Positions 9,801 to 18,076 of a stretch of DNA of 64,000 nt are shown one piece after another. The stretch is taken from contig OZ245755.1 of assembly GCA_965227345.1 (NCBI GenBank), forward strand, positions 1,141,351 through 1,205,350. Reading direction: 5' to 3'. Source of the DNA: Sphingomonadales bacterium. Lineage in GTDB: Bacteria > Pseudomonadota > Alphaproteobacteria > Sphingomonadales > G965227345. The stretch's first letter is position 1; each line of letters opens with the position of its first letter. Both the position numbers and the translations under genes were made by a program. The notes under the pieces are model-generated. The model saw only the letters and a list, made by a program, of their open reading frames with translations. It was not told where the DNA came from and made no database searches.

Positions 9801-10280
9801 ATCGCTCTGATGCGGCAATGTGGATGATTTTGCCGCATGATCGTCACCGGCCAGCGCCAGCACCCCGCCATGTGGCGAGGTACCGGCCGCATTGGCGTGG
9901 CGGAATGTATCCCCTGTACGGTCTACACCCGGCCCCTTGCCATACCAGACGCCGAAAACGCCGTCATATTTGGCACCTTCATACAGATTGACCTGCTGGC
10001 TGCCCCACACTGCCGTCGCGGCCAGTTCCTCGTTCACACCCGGTACAAATTTGACATTGTGATCATCCAGCGTGGCCCCCGCCTGCAGCAGGGCCTGATC
10101 ATATCCGCCCAGCGGTGAGCCACGATAGCCGGAAATGAAGCCTGCCGTGTTTAACCCGGCCGCCCTGTCACGCTGAATCTGGATCAGCGGTAACCTGACC
10201 AGTGCCTGTGTACCAGTCATATAGGCCCTGCCTTCCGACAGACCATATTTATCATCAAGGGTCACGTTCGCCAGCTTCAT
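6801..10280 (-). CDS. indolepyruvate ferredoxin oxidoreductase-family protein (fused alpha/beta 2-oxoacid:ferredoxin oxidoreductase, 1159 aa)
   Basis: N-terminus MTGTQALVRLPLIQ...GFISGYRGSPLGG, TPP-domain GDGTYFHSG, a ferredoxin-like cluster motif CEGCGDCSVQSNC, and a C-terminal IorB-like domain. Confidence 0.85.
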   Translation of the reverse strand: MKLANVTLDDKYGLSEGRAYMTGTQALVRLPLIQIQRDRAAGLNTAGFISGYRGSPLGGYDQALLQAGATLDDHNVKFVPGVNEELAATAVWGSQQVNLYEGAKYDGVFGVWYGKGPGVDRTGDTFRHANAAGTSPHGGVLALAGDDHAAKSSTLPHQSDHSFYSTMMPMLYPASIHEFVEYGLMGIAMSRYSGCWTAFKVIAETVEASATVSLEGEKRQILIPTDEEFEMPPGGVHIRLNDEWHELDWRLQRYKLFAALAFCRKNKLDRIIYDSPEPRFGIITSGKSYEDVRQALRELGITREIAAEIGMRLYKVAMPWPLEPEGARHFAEGLEEVLVVEEKRELIENQFKQQLFNWRADVRPLVVGKHDETGKWLLPPENDLSVGQIAHVIATRIARFYKNDRIKERLAFYTEREEKIAGFMPPSVRKPYFCSGCPHNTSTKVPEGSKAMAGIGCHIMSMWMDRDTETFTQMGGEGTPWIGMAPFTERQHMYVNLGDGTYFHSGILAIRASVSAGVNVTYKLLYNDAVAMTGGQHVDGTLTVPMLARQLEAEGVKKIVILTEDMGRYPTREGIPEGIPILDRDELDRVQLELRDTPGCTALIFDQTCAAEKRRRRKRGKFPDPDKRIFINDAVCEGCGDCSVQSNCVSVEPLETEFGRKRVINQSTCNKDYSCIKGFCPSFVTVYGATPRKSKASGGLEAEIENIPLPVLPELKQPFNIIVTGIGGTGVLTIGALIGMAAHLENKAATVMDMAGLAQKGGAVLSHIRIGPDIAELRTPRIVTGSADALLACDLVVAASKEVVNLLNADRTVAVVNSHMTPVADFVRDKNIDFKDAGLRQVLKQNLGADAIHYFEGSELATALLGDSIATNVFMLGVAFQKGLIPVSADAIERAIELNGVAVKANLKTFAYGRLAVYAPDKVAEAVKPVLTAFETEEISQTLDDVIDKRVKFLTGYQDAAYAGKYLELVNQVKSVEAEKVPGKTDLTEAASRWYFKLLAYKDEYEVARLFASDDFRKKLEAQFEGDYKVSLNLAPPIMSKPDPRTGRPMKREFGPWMLTAMKVLQKFKKLRGTPFDIFGYSAERRMERQQIADYEQMMEGLLAGLTPANHSLACEIAALPDELRGYGPIKEENARKMAARKAELLKRFQNGDPALRAA

Positions 10281-10451
10281 TCCTTATTCTCCTGATGCGC
10301 AGTGACTATCCGCCGCACTGCAACGGAATTTCTGCCCATGAATCAATGAAGTAACATTATCTCAAAATCATCGGGAAATTTCCTTTCTATTCCCATTCAA
10401 CAACGATACAATAAGAAACAAAATTCGAAATAATTGATAAATTGAGCAACA

Positions 10452-10961
10452 ATGATGCTTGAAAAACTTGATGCAGTCGACAGACGTATCCTCAGAACGC
10501 TTCAGGAAGATGCCAGCCTTGCCAACACAGACCTGGCCGAAAAAGTGGGTCTTTCCGCTGCACCCTGCTGGCGCAGGGTTAAAAGGCTTGAGGAAATGGG
10601 CATCATCTCCCGCAGGGTTGCCATCCTGAACCCCGACCTGCTGGGGCTGGAAATTATTGTTTTCGCCAGCGTCAAACTGACCATGCATGAACGCAACGCG
10701 CTGTCTGATTTCGAGGATGCCATTCGCGATTTTGATCAGGTCACGGAATGTTATACTGTCAGCGGCGGCACCGATTTCCTGTTACGCGTTGTGACCACCG
10801 ACATGCGATCCTATGAAAAATTCCTGCGCGAGAATATCCTGCAAATTCCGGGCGTCGCCGAGGTTCATTCCCGTTTTGCCGTAACACAGGTCAAATACAC
10901 CACCGCCCTGCCACTTGATCCGGTTGTCGCAAGGCCGCCAAACAAGCCGGTCCGGCGCTAG
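10452..10961 (+). CDS. Lrp/AsnC family transcriptional regulator
   Basis: [47 protein letters not shown] is the AsnC-type HTH, followed by a RAM domain. The gene is divergent from the oxidoreductase operon across an AT-rich 171-nt spacer. Confidence 0.9.
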   Translation: MMLEKLDAVDRRILRTLQEDASLANTDLAEKVGLSAAPCWRRVKRLEEMGIISRRVAILNPDLLGLEIIVFASVKLTMHERNALSDFEDAIRDFDQVTECYTVSGGTDFLLRVVTTDMRSYEKFLRENILQIPGVAEVHSRFAVTQVKYTTALPLDPVVARPPNKPVRR

Positions 10962-11041
10962 ATTTGCCCGCATGGCACATTTCTTGAGACTATACGGTAA
11001 TACTGATAGAATATATCGCTCCGGGTCAAAAAAGTAATCAC

Positions 11042-11917
11042 ATGACGGCCAACGTAAAATTGCCGACCGCAAACACCACCCCCATGGAAGCCGGATCAGA
11101 CGCCTGGCTGAAAGGCTTGACCGCGGTTTCATCAGCTATCGGCACCGGGGATTTCCAGCAGACGCTGTTTGGATTTCTGAACCAGATCCTGCCCGTTGAT
11201 CATTGTGCCGTCTTTACATTTGATGAAAAGGCCGGGGCTGGTCATTTGTTCACCACCAGCCGTATGGGCGAAGATGCCGCCACGGCATTGGCTCAGGATT
11301 ATGTTGGGGGATATTTTGCCCGGGACCCCAACTTTCCCCGCATTCGCGACCTGAAAAATTCAACCGACACCGGAGCAATTCCGGTCCGCACGAGCTTTAC
11401 CGAAGATTACGACAAGGGGTATCAGGATCGCTTTTTTGATCAGACCGACCTGATCGACAAGGCCTCGACCATCGCGTCAGCTGAACATGGCAGCGTATAT
11501 TGTAATTTTTATCGTATGGAACCGTCCGGGCGCTATTCTTCCGAAGACTGGCATAGGCTTGAACGCATTCTGCCGCTGATGACCAGCCTGATCGCCAACC
11601 ACTACCGGCTGTTAAAAGCCCTAAAAAGACCGGTCGGCAAAAGCGACCAACAAAGTCAAACCGATCATGCCACGCCCCAAACACTGGTCCATTCCATCAT
11701 TGGTATGGCCATTCCGCCCTTTGATCGGCTGACCGACCGCGAACGGGATGTTTGCGCCCGTATTCTGCTCGGCTTCACGTCCGAGGCGATTGCGCTGGAT
11801 CTGGGCATTGCCGCCTCCAGTGTGGCAACCTATCGCAAACGCGCCTACAGCAAGCTGGGAATTGTCTCCCAGAATGAATTGTTCGGCATGTGCCTCGCCG
11901 CTGTTGAGCGGACGTAA
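11042..11917 (+). CDS. LuxR/GerE-type transcriptional regulator with uncharacterised N-terminal domain
   Basis: C-terminal HTH LTDRERDVCARILLGFTSEAIALDLGIAASSVATYRKRAYSKLG. No receiver-domain or autoinducer-domain motifs recognised. Confidence 0.75.
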   Translation: MTANVKLPTANTTPMEAGSDAWLKGLTAVSSAIGTGDFQQTLFGFLNQILPVDHCAVFTFDEKAGAGHLFTTSRMGEDAATALAQDYVGGYFARDPNFPRIRDLKNSTDTGAIPVRTSFTEDYDKGYQDRFFDQTDLIDKASTIASAEHGSVYCNFYRMEPSGRYSSEDWHRLERILPLMTSLIANHYRLLKALKRPVGKSDQQSQTDHATPQTLVHSIIGMAIPPFDRLTDRERDVCARILLGFTSEAIALDLGIAASSVATYRKRAYSKLGIVSQNELFGMCLAAVERT

Positions 11918-11919
11918 GA

Positions 11920-11950
11920 CTGTCCCCCCCGGGGAGGACAGAAAATTTTC
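11920..11950 (+). terminator. possible intrinsic terminator after the LuxR-type gene
   Basis: A CTGTCC(11920-25)...GGACAG(11936-41) stem with a GC-rich interior, followed by AAAATTTT. The U-run is short. Confidence 0.3.
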
Positions 11951-12009
11951 CGCTGTTATACTATACTGCAGCTAATTTAAACCATTCAGCATCAAGGAAT
12001 ATCTGTCCC

Positions 12010-12966
12010 ATGGCCAAGAAATTTGCTTCACAAGCCGATCTCGAAGAAAAACAGGTCAGTTTCACCAAACTGGCAGACAATGCTTATGCCTACACCGCCG
12101 AGGGCGACCCGAACACGGGCGTGATCATTGGCGATGATGGCGTGATGGTGCTGGATACACAGGCCACACCCACCATGGCGCAGGATGTAATCGCCAAAAT
12201 TCGCACCGTGACTGACAAGCCGATCAAATATGTTGTCCTGACCCATTATCACGCCGTTCGCGTGCTGGGAGCCAGCGGCTACGCGCCAAAGGAAATTATT
12301 TCCAGTCAGGATACCTATGACCTGATCGTGGAACGCGGTGCACAGGATTATAAATCAGAAGCCGAGCGTTTCCCTCGCCTGTTCAACGACATTAAAAGCG
12401 TACCCGGCCTGACCTGGCCAACCATGACATTCAAGGGCGAGATGACCATCCACATGGGCAAGACCGAGGTTCGGCTCATGCAGCTGGGTCGCGGCCATAC
12501 CAAGGGCGATACAGTGGCCTGGATGCCAAAGGAAAAGGTCTTGTTCAGCGGTGATCTGGTTGAATATGGCGCCACCCCCTACACAGGCGACGCCTATCTG
12601 AACGACTGGCCGGCAACCCTTGATAATATTGAAAAGCTGGCGCCTGAAAAACTGGTGCCCGGGCGCGGCGACGCACTGACCACTAAAGAAACGGTTCGGG
12701 ATGCGCTGGTCGGCACGCGTGATTTCATTCGCAAAATGTACGGCTCTGTTGAACAGGGCGTGAAAGCAGGCAAGTCTCTGGATCAGATCTACAAGGAAAC
12801 CTACCAGACATTGTCACCGGATTTTGGCCATTGGGTGATTTTCGATCACTGCCTGCCCTTTGATGTGACCCGCGCTTTTGACGAGGCCAGTGGTATTCGC
12901 GATCCTCGTATATGGACCGCAGAGCGTGACAAGGAAATGTGGGAAACACTGGAAAAAGCCGAGTAA
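12010..12966 (+). CDS. MBL-fold metallo-hydrolase family protein
   Basis: Beta-lactamase-fold layout with VVLTHYHAVRV (a degenerate HxHxDH), GRGHTKGDTVAWMP and FSGDLVEYG. Confidence 0.7.
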   Translation: MAKKFASQADLEEKQVSFTKLADNAYAYTAEGDPNTGVIIGDDGVMVLDTQATPTMAQDVIAKIRTVTDKPIKYVVLTHYHAVRVLGASGYAPKEIISSQDTYDLIVERGAQDYKSEAERFPRLFNDIKSVPGLTWPTMTFKGEMTIHMGKTEVRLMQLGRGHTKGDTVAWMPKEKVLFSGDLVEYGATPYTGDAYLNDWPATLDNIEKLAPEKLVPGRGDALTTKETVRDALVGTRDFIRKMYGSVEQGVKAGKSLDQIYKETYQTLSPDFGHWVIFDHCLPFDVTRAFDEASGIRDPRIWTAERDKEMWETLEKAE

Positions 12967-12994
12967 CCCCACACCGTTCAAGCAGGAGCGTCTG

Positions 12995-14785
12995 ATGAGT
13001 GACCCGCTTCAAAGCCCGGCGGAAACAGGTGAACCGGCGATAACAGGTGAACCGGCGGTAACAGGTGAAATTGACACCGCGCCACGCGAAAGCCGGGTGA
13101 CCTTTACCTATCGTCGCCCGGAAGAGCTGGATTCCGGCACCCGCACGCACAAGCCGGTTGTGATTGTGGGGGCTGGCCCCGTGGGCCTGACTGCGGCGAT
13201 TGATTTATCCCGGCGGGGCATAGACTATATTCTGCTGGATGATGATGACACCGTCAGCGTGGGGTCACGCGCCATCTGCTACGCAAAACGGACCCTTGAA
13301 ATATGGGACCGGCTGAATTGCGGCGAAGTAATGCTCGACAAGGGCATTACATGGAACATTGGCCGGGTCTATTTTGGTGACGATACAGACCCGGTCTACA
13401 GCTTTGATCTGCTGCCGGAAGAAGGGCACAAGTTCCCGGCCTTTATCAACCTTCAGCAATATTATTCTGAAGAGTTTCTGGCAACCGCGCTGGAACGCGA
13501 CCATCAGGCCGATATGCGGTTCAAAAGCAAGGTTGTGGGCGTAGATCCACGTGATGATTGTGTGACGCTGACCGTTGAGACCCCCGACGGAAATTACAAG
13601 CTTGATGCTGAATATGTCATAGCCGCCGATGGCTTCCGCAGCCCGATACGCCAGATGATGGGGCTGGATTTTGAAGGCGAGGTTTTCAAGGACCATTTCC
13701 TTATTGCCGATATCAAGATGAAGCAGTCGTTCCCTACCGAACGACGGTTCTGGTTTGACCCGCCCTTCAATCGGGGAGAATCGGCCCTGATCCACAAGCA
13801 ACCTGATGATGTCTGGAGGCTGGATTTCCAGCTGGGCTGGAACATTAACCGGGAAGAAGAAGTAAAGCCTGAAAATGTCACCCCGCGGATCAGGGCCATG
13901 CTGGGGGATGATGTTGACTTTACCTATGAATGGCTCAGTATTTATACCTTTCAATGTCGTCAGCTCAGCCGGTTTGTCCACGGACGGGTAATCTTTGCCG
14001 GCGATTCAGCACATCTGGTATCGCCCTTTGGTGCACGCGGCGCCAACAGCGGGGTTCAGGACGCCGATAATCTTGGCTGGAAACTGGAACTGGTGCTGAA
14101 AGGGCAGGCCCCTGAAGCATTACTGGAAAGCTATAATGAAGAGCGGGTCTTAGCGGCACGGGAAAACATCCTGAATTCTACCCGCAGCACAGATTTCCTC
14201 ACACCCAAAAGCGATGTCAGCCGCTCTTTCCGTGACGCGGTCCTCTCTCTGTCAAAAACCTGTGATTTTGCCCGGAAATTCGTCAACAGCGGACGCCTTT
14301 CTGTGCCTTGTCGCCTGTCGGGTTCATCCCTGAATACAAGTGACGTTGGCACATTCAAGGGCCTTATGACCCCGGGAACAGTCTGCGCGGACGCGCCCTG
14401 CAAAGATGGCGGCACCCCAGCCTGGCTGCTGGAAGAAATGGGACGGCATTCCGGCTTTATACTGCTTTATTTTGCCGGGAACGCCGCACCTTCGCCCGAT
14501 GATCTGGAAATGCTGGAAAAGGCGAAGCAACATACCTTGGCACCCGCTGCTATTATTGTTGCAGACAAAGAACAGATCATACAGGATTTCAACGTTCTGG
14601 AAGATGCAGATGGCCTGATCACCGACAGATATGACGCCACGCCCGGCACCTGCTATCTGATCCGTCCCGATCATCATGTTGCCGCGCGCTGGCGCAAGCT
14701 GGACCCTGTCAGTGTGAACTCCGCACTGGCCACAGCGACCGCAAACCCGGCCGTACAGGAGGCTGCCAATGCCAAAGCATCTTGA
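12995..14785 (+). CDS. FAD-dependent aromatic-ring monooxygenase (PheA/TfdB / MhpA-like)
   Basis: VVIVGAGPVGLTAAIDL, AADGFRSPIRQ and FAGDSAHLVSPFGARGANSGVQDADNLGWKL. Start moved from 12878, which would overlap the MBL gene, to ATG 12995 with an AGGAG SD at 12983-87. Confidence 0.85.
   Translation: MSDPLQSPAETGEPAITGEPAVTGEIDTAPRESRVTFTYRRPEELDSGTRTHKPVVIVGAGPVGLTAAIDLSRRGIDYILLDDDDTVSVGSRAICYAKRTLEIWDRLNCGEVMLDKGITWNIGRVYFGDDTDPVYSFDLLPEEGHKFPAFINLQQYYSEEFLATALERDHQADMRFKSKVVGVDPRDDCVTLTVETPDGNYKLDAEYVIAADGFRSPIRQMMGLDFEGEVFKDHFLIADIKMKQSFPTERRFWFDPPFNRGESALIHKQPDDVWRLDFQLGWNINREEEVKPENVTPRIRAMLGDDVDFTYEWLSIYTFQCRQLSRFVHGRVIFAGDSAHLVSPFGARGANSGVQDADNLGWKLELVLKGQAPEALLESYNEERVLAARENILNSTRSTDFLTPKSDVSRSFRDAVLSLSKTCDFARKFVNSGRLSVPCRLSGSSLNTSDVGTFKGLMTPGTVCADAPCKDGGTPAWLLEEMGRHSGFILLYFAGNAAPSPDDLEMLEKAKQHTLAPAAIIVADKEQIIQDFNVLEDADGLITDRYDATPGTCYLIRPDHHVAARWRKLDPVSVNSALATATANPAVQEAANAKAS
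13025..13069 (+). repeat. 18-nt in-frame tandem repeat, 2.5 copies (TGEPAI/TGEPAV/TGE)
   Basis: ACAGGTGAACCGGCGATA / ACAGGTGAACCGGCGGTA / ACAGGTGAA, read directly. It lies in the N-terminal extension of the monooxygenase, before the FAD fold. Confidence 0.9.
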
Positions 14786-14966
14786 TACCAGCCCGCGCAT
14801 TGACGATCCGGATGCGTTTTACGATCAGCTGATCCACATGCACCACGGACTAACCGGGACCGAAAGCGCCAAGGTCAATGCCAGGCTTGTCTTGCTTCTG
14901 GCTAACCATATTGGTGATCGCAAGGTCCTTGAAGAAGCACTGGCCCTCGCCCGCGAAGATATTTAG
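14769..14966 (+). CDS. DUF2783-like small protein
   Basis: 65 aa. It overlaps the monooxygenase stop by 17 nt, suggesting translational coupling. The sequence DPDAFYDQLI...ARLVLLLANHIGD resembles the DUF2783 family, which commonly follows such hydroxylases. Confidence 0.6.
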   Translation: MPKHLDTSPRIDDPDAFYDQLIHMHHGLTGTESAKVNARLVLLLANHIGDRKVLEEALALAREDI

Positions 14967-14984
14967 CGGGCACCGCCGACGTCC

Positions 14985-15707
14985 CTAAAAGGGCTCCAGC
15001 GGCTGTGCTTCCACCTCACCGTCAGATGTCGATGGCGGCGGCGCGCTGTTTCCACCATAAGCCGGTGCACTGTTCCCGCCATTATTTGCAGGGTAATTAT
15101 TCTGTCCCGGCGTACTGTTTTTTGATGTGCCTGCCAAAGCTTTCAACAATTGTGTATCATTTGCCAGATCGGTCAACGCTGTCGATATGGTGCTGGTCAC
15201 ACGCTCCCGCTCCTTCGCCTTGCCGCTCAGCGAGAAATCCTTTGCCGTCTTCTCCAGCTGGAACCCTTTGGTCAACGTATGTCCGCCATTTTTGGAAATG
15301 GCCTTCAAATCCGTTGTAATGATGATTTCCTTGGTGAAGAAATTGGGCTGCACCGTATATTTCAATGTGTTGATGACCAGCGTCAGGGTCGGTGTATCGG
15401 GGCCAAGGCCGTTATTCACGACAAAGCCTTTCGCTTTCAGCGCCTCGATCATCTCGTAATATATAATTTCCGTGATATCCTGATCGGACGGAATAGGCAC
15501 CATCTCGCCATCATCTTCGCGAAAACCCAGCGCCTTTTCCGCACGAAGGTCATTCAGATCAAGACGTATCTGCGCCCCGTTACCGATATTCTCTTTTGTC
15601 ACTTCAATTGTCGGCAGCAAAACCCGTTTGCCGTCCGCAGCATGACCAACACCTGAAAGTCCGGCCACCAGAATACCCAGAATCAGCAGACCCGTTATAG
15701 GCTTCAT
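14985..15707 (-). CDS. secreted hypothetical protein with low-complexity C-terminus
   Basis: Sec-type signal peptide MKPITGLLILGILVAGLSGVGHA. The C-terminal segment NNYPANNGGNSAPAYGGNSAPPPS is repetitive. No family recognised. Confidence 0.55.
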   Translation of the reverse strand: MKPITGLLILGILVAGLSGVGHAADGKRVLLPTIEVTKENIGNGAQIRLDLNDLRAEKALGFREDDGEMVPIPSDQDITEIIYYEMIEALKAKGFVVNNGLGPDTPTLTLVINTLKYTVQPNFFTKEIIITTDLKAISKNGGHTLTKGFQLEKTAKDFSLSGKAKERERVTSTISTALTDLANDTQLLKALAGTSKNSTPGQNNYPANNGGNSAPAYGGNSAPPPSTSDGEVEAQPLEPF

Positions 15708-15823
15708 ATTTATTTCCTTATTCCATAATGTTCATCATGACCTGATACCAGATGAAATATATTTTCATGACAAGATGGCAAATATGAGACGACACTCGCC
15801 ATATTGCGCAATCACGCCGGATT

Positions 15824-16681
15824 TCAGGCCATGTTTTTCCAGCCTGTAATCATCTGGCGCACATCACGTGATGTATATCCCTTTTCGCGCAACTGTACCA
15901 ATGTTACCGCCTTGTCACGTTTGGCAAATCTCTTGCCTTCCTTATTCAATACCAGCTTATGGTGATAATATTCAGGTACGTTGTAACCCAGCAATTCCTG
16001 TAGCAGGCGATGAATATCTGTCGCATGGACCAGATCATTGCCCCGGGTCACCAGCGTGATCCCCTGCACATGGTCATCGACCGTTACGCTAAGATGATAA
16101 CTTGCCGGCACATCCTTGCGCGCCAGAATAAGATCCCCCTGCGCTTCGGGGTTGGCAGCAACCTCTCCCAGTTCCCTGTCATTCCACGTCAGGCCTCTGC
16201 CGGCACGTTCAACCGCACGCATCATATTCAGGCGCCAGACATGGGGCGCACCGGCTTCCATCCGGCTTTTGCGCTGGCTGGTCGTTAAATGCCGACAGGT
16301 GCCGGGATAAAGGTAACCGCCGGGACCATGAGGCGCATGAGAACTGCGTTTGATCTCCGCTGCAATATCCTGACGGCTGCAAAAGCACGAATATATCAGA
16401 CCCATCTGGTCCAGCCGATGCAAAGCCGCCTTGTAATCATCAAAATGTTCGGATTGCCGGCGCACATCGCCTTCCCACGCCAGACCAAGCCAGCGCAAAT
16501 CATCAATGATACCCTGTTCAAATTGCGGCCGACACCGGATGGTATCAATATCCTCCATCCTGAGCACGAACTTGCCGCCCGCTTTAATCGCTTCCTCGTA
16601 TGCAAATATCGCGGAATGGGCATGCCCCAGATGCAGGGCGCCAGTAGGACTTGGCGCAAAACGTGTAACGACCTTTGCCAT
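15824..16681 (-). CDS. gluQ: tRNA glutamyl-Q(34) synthetase (GluQRS)
   Basis: Class-I aaRS catalytic domain only (285 aa). RFAPSPTGALHLGHAHSA is the HIGH motif. There is no anticodon-binding domain. Confidence 0.85.
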   Translation of the reverse strand: MAKVVTRFAPSPTGALHLGHAHSAIFAYEEAIKAGGKFVLRMEDIDTIRCRPQFEQGIIDDLRWLGLAWEGDVRRQSEHFDDYKAALHRLDQMGLIYSCFCSRQDIAAEIKRSSHAPHGPGGYLYPGTCRHLTTSQRKSRMEAGAPHVWRLNMMRAVERAGRGLTWNDRELGEVAANPEAQGDLILARKDVPASYHLSVTVDDHVQGITLVTRGNDLVHATDIHRLLQELLGYNVPEYYHHKLVLNKEGKRFAKRDKAVTLVQLREKGYTSRDVRQMITGWKNMA

Positions 16682-16841
16682 GTAATTTATTCTGAACCTT
16701 ATTAATCGTCGAAATAAGCACTTAGCATAAAATAATATGTTGTCATAATTCTACAACACCGTATCTTCTATACAGGCGTTGTTCGAAGCTTGCCATTTAA
16801 GATGTTGGGCTTCCCGTTAACAATGTGAGGAGGCAAGACAA

Positions 16842-17420
16842 GTGGAAGGCGCATTACCAACGCCGGACGGATGTCCCGCTCTGGTCCTGAATGCCGATTA
16901 TCAGCCCCTGAGCTACTTTCCCCTGTCGCTCTGGTCATGGCAGACTGTTGTAAAAGCTGTTTTTCTGGACCGCGTGGATATTGTATCTGAATATGAACGC
17001 TCCATCCGGTCACCCAGCTTCGAACTAAAATTACCCAGTGTTATCGCGCTGAAGAAATATATCAAGCCAGCCACTCACCCGGCCTTTACACGCTTCAATC
17101 TGTTCCTGCGGGATCGTTTTACCTGTCAGTATTGCGGGCAGGCCCATACCAGCCGAAACAATCACGAGCTGACATTCGACCATGTCATCCCCCGTGTGGA
17201 TGGCGGGCGCACGACATGGGAAAATGTAGCCGCAGCCTGTTCCCCCTGCAATTTACGCAAAGGCGGCAGAACACCAGCAGAAGCACATATGGAGCTTCAA
17301 AGCCAGCCCTACCGCCCAACCGTTCATCAGTTGCAGGCTAACGGACGCTTCTTTCCGCCGAATTACATGCACGAAAGCTGGCGGGATTATTTATACTGGG
17401 ACAGTGTTCTGGAGCCCTGA
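16842..17420 (+). CDS. HNH endonuclease-domain protein
   Basis: GTG start. HNH/zinc motif FTCQYCG...LTFDHVIPRVDGGRTTWENVAAACSPCNLRKG, plus the N-terminal LNADYQPL motif of a widespread ~190-aa family. Confidence 0.8.
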   Translation: MEGALPTPDGCPALVLNADYQPLSYFPLSLWSWQTVVKAVFLDRVDIVSEYERSIRSPSFELKLPSVIALKKYIKPATHPAFTRFNLFLRDRFTCQYCGQAHTSRNNHELTFDHVIPRVDGGRTTWENVAAACSPCNLRKGGRTPAEAHMELQSQPYRPTVHQLQANGRFFPPNYMHESWRDYLYWDSVLEP

Positions 17421-17441
17421 TCTTGTGTTCAGCTGGTCCTG

Positions 17442-18047
17442 TTATTTATCGTTGTTTTCAAATGTCAGGTAAAAACTGACGGGCACAGCGCTCGCTATAT
17501 TCGGTAATTGCGCAAGTTCTCTCAGCTTTTGAATACCGGCCGTCAGGGCGAAATCATCTGCATTCACCATGATCAGTTCATCTGGAATCACCATAACGCG
17601 ATCTGCCGCCAGCCGGATCACTTTCAGCGCCACGTCCATTTTCCGGCTTTGGCCATGCAGGTCCAAAGTCATTTCAACGTCGGCAGAGGCCACCTCACCA
17701 ATGGCGAGCGCCGAAAATTCGTCAAGATCAAGTTGTGCATGAACCGTCGCAACAGGAAACTTTACCACCTCAAACAAATAAGCCTTCATCCGCTCGTTAC
17801 GGATATCAATCCAGGTTTCAAAATCTTTAAGATCAATTGAAAGCGCCATCTCGCCGCTTTTGCTGATACTTCCGACGAGCGCGCCAAAATGATGAACTTC
17901 ACCAATGTCGTCTGCCTTGATAGACGCAAAACTGAGACGCGAACTTTCGTTATTCAACGCCCACTCGGCATGAGCGGATGTCATCCCCGCAGCAACAATC
18001 ATGAAACAGGATAATACCATGGTTGCAATCGTGCAGTTTTTCGTCAT
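17442..18047 (-). CDS. YceI-family periplasmic protein
   Basis: Signal peptide followed by a YceI-like lipocalin domain: SRLSFASIK..., VVKFPVATV, LTLDLHGQSR. Confidence 0.75.
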   Translation of the reverse strand: MTKNCTIATMVLSCFMIVAAGMTSAHAEWALNNESSRLSFASIKADDIGEVHHFGALVGSISKSGEMALSIDLKDFETWIDIRNERMKAYLFEVVKFPVATVHAQLDLDEFSALAIGEVASADVEMTLDLHGQSRKMDVALKVIRLAADRVMVIPDELIMVNADDFALTAGIQKLRELAQLPNIASAVPVSFYLTFENNDK

Positions 18048-18076
18048 AACGCTCTCCAGATTATCAGATGATTCTA

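Noticed and set aside
12878-12994. Upstream ATG (12878) giving a 635-aa monooxygenase that overlaps the MBL gene by 89 nt.
   Set aside because: The extra 39 residues are translated from the 3' end of the MBL gene in another frame. ATG 12995 has an AGGAG SD and starts right after the MBL stop.
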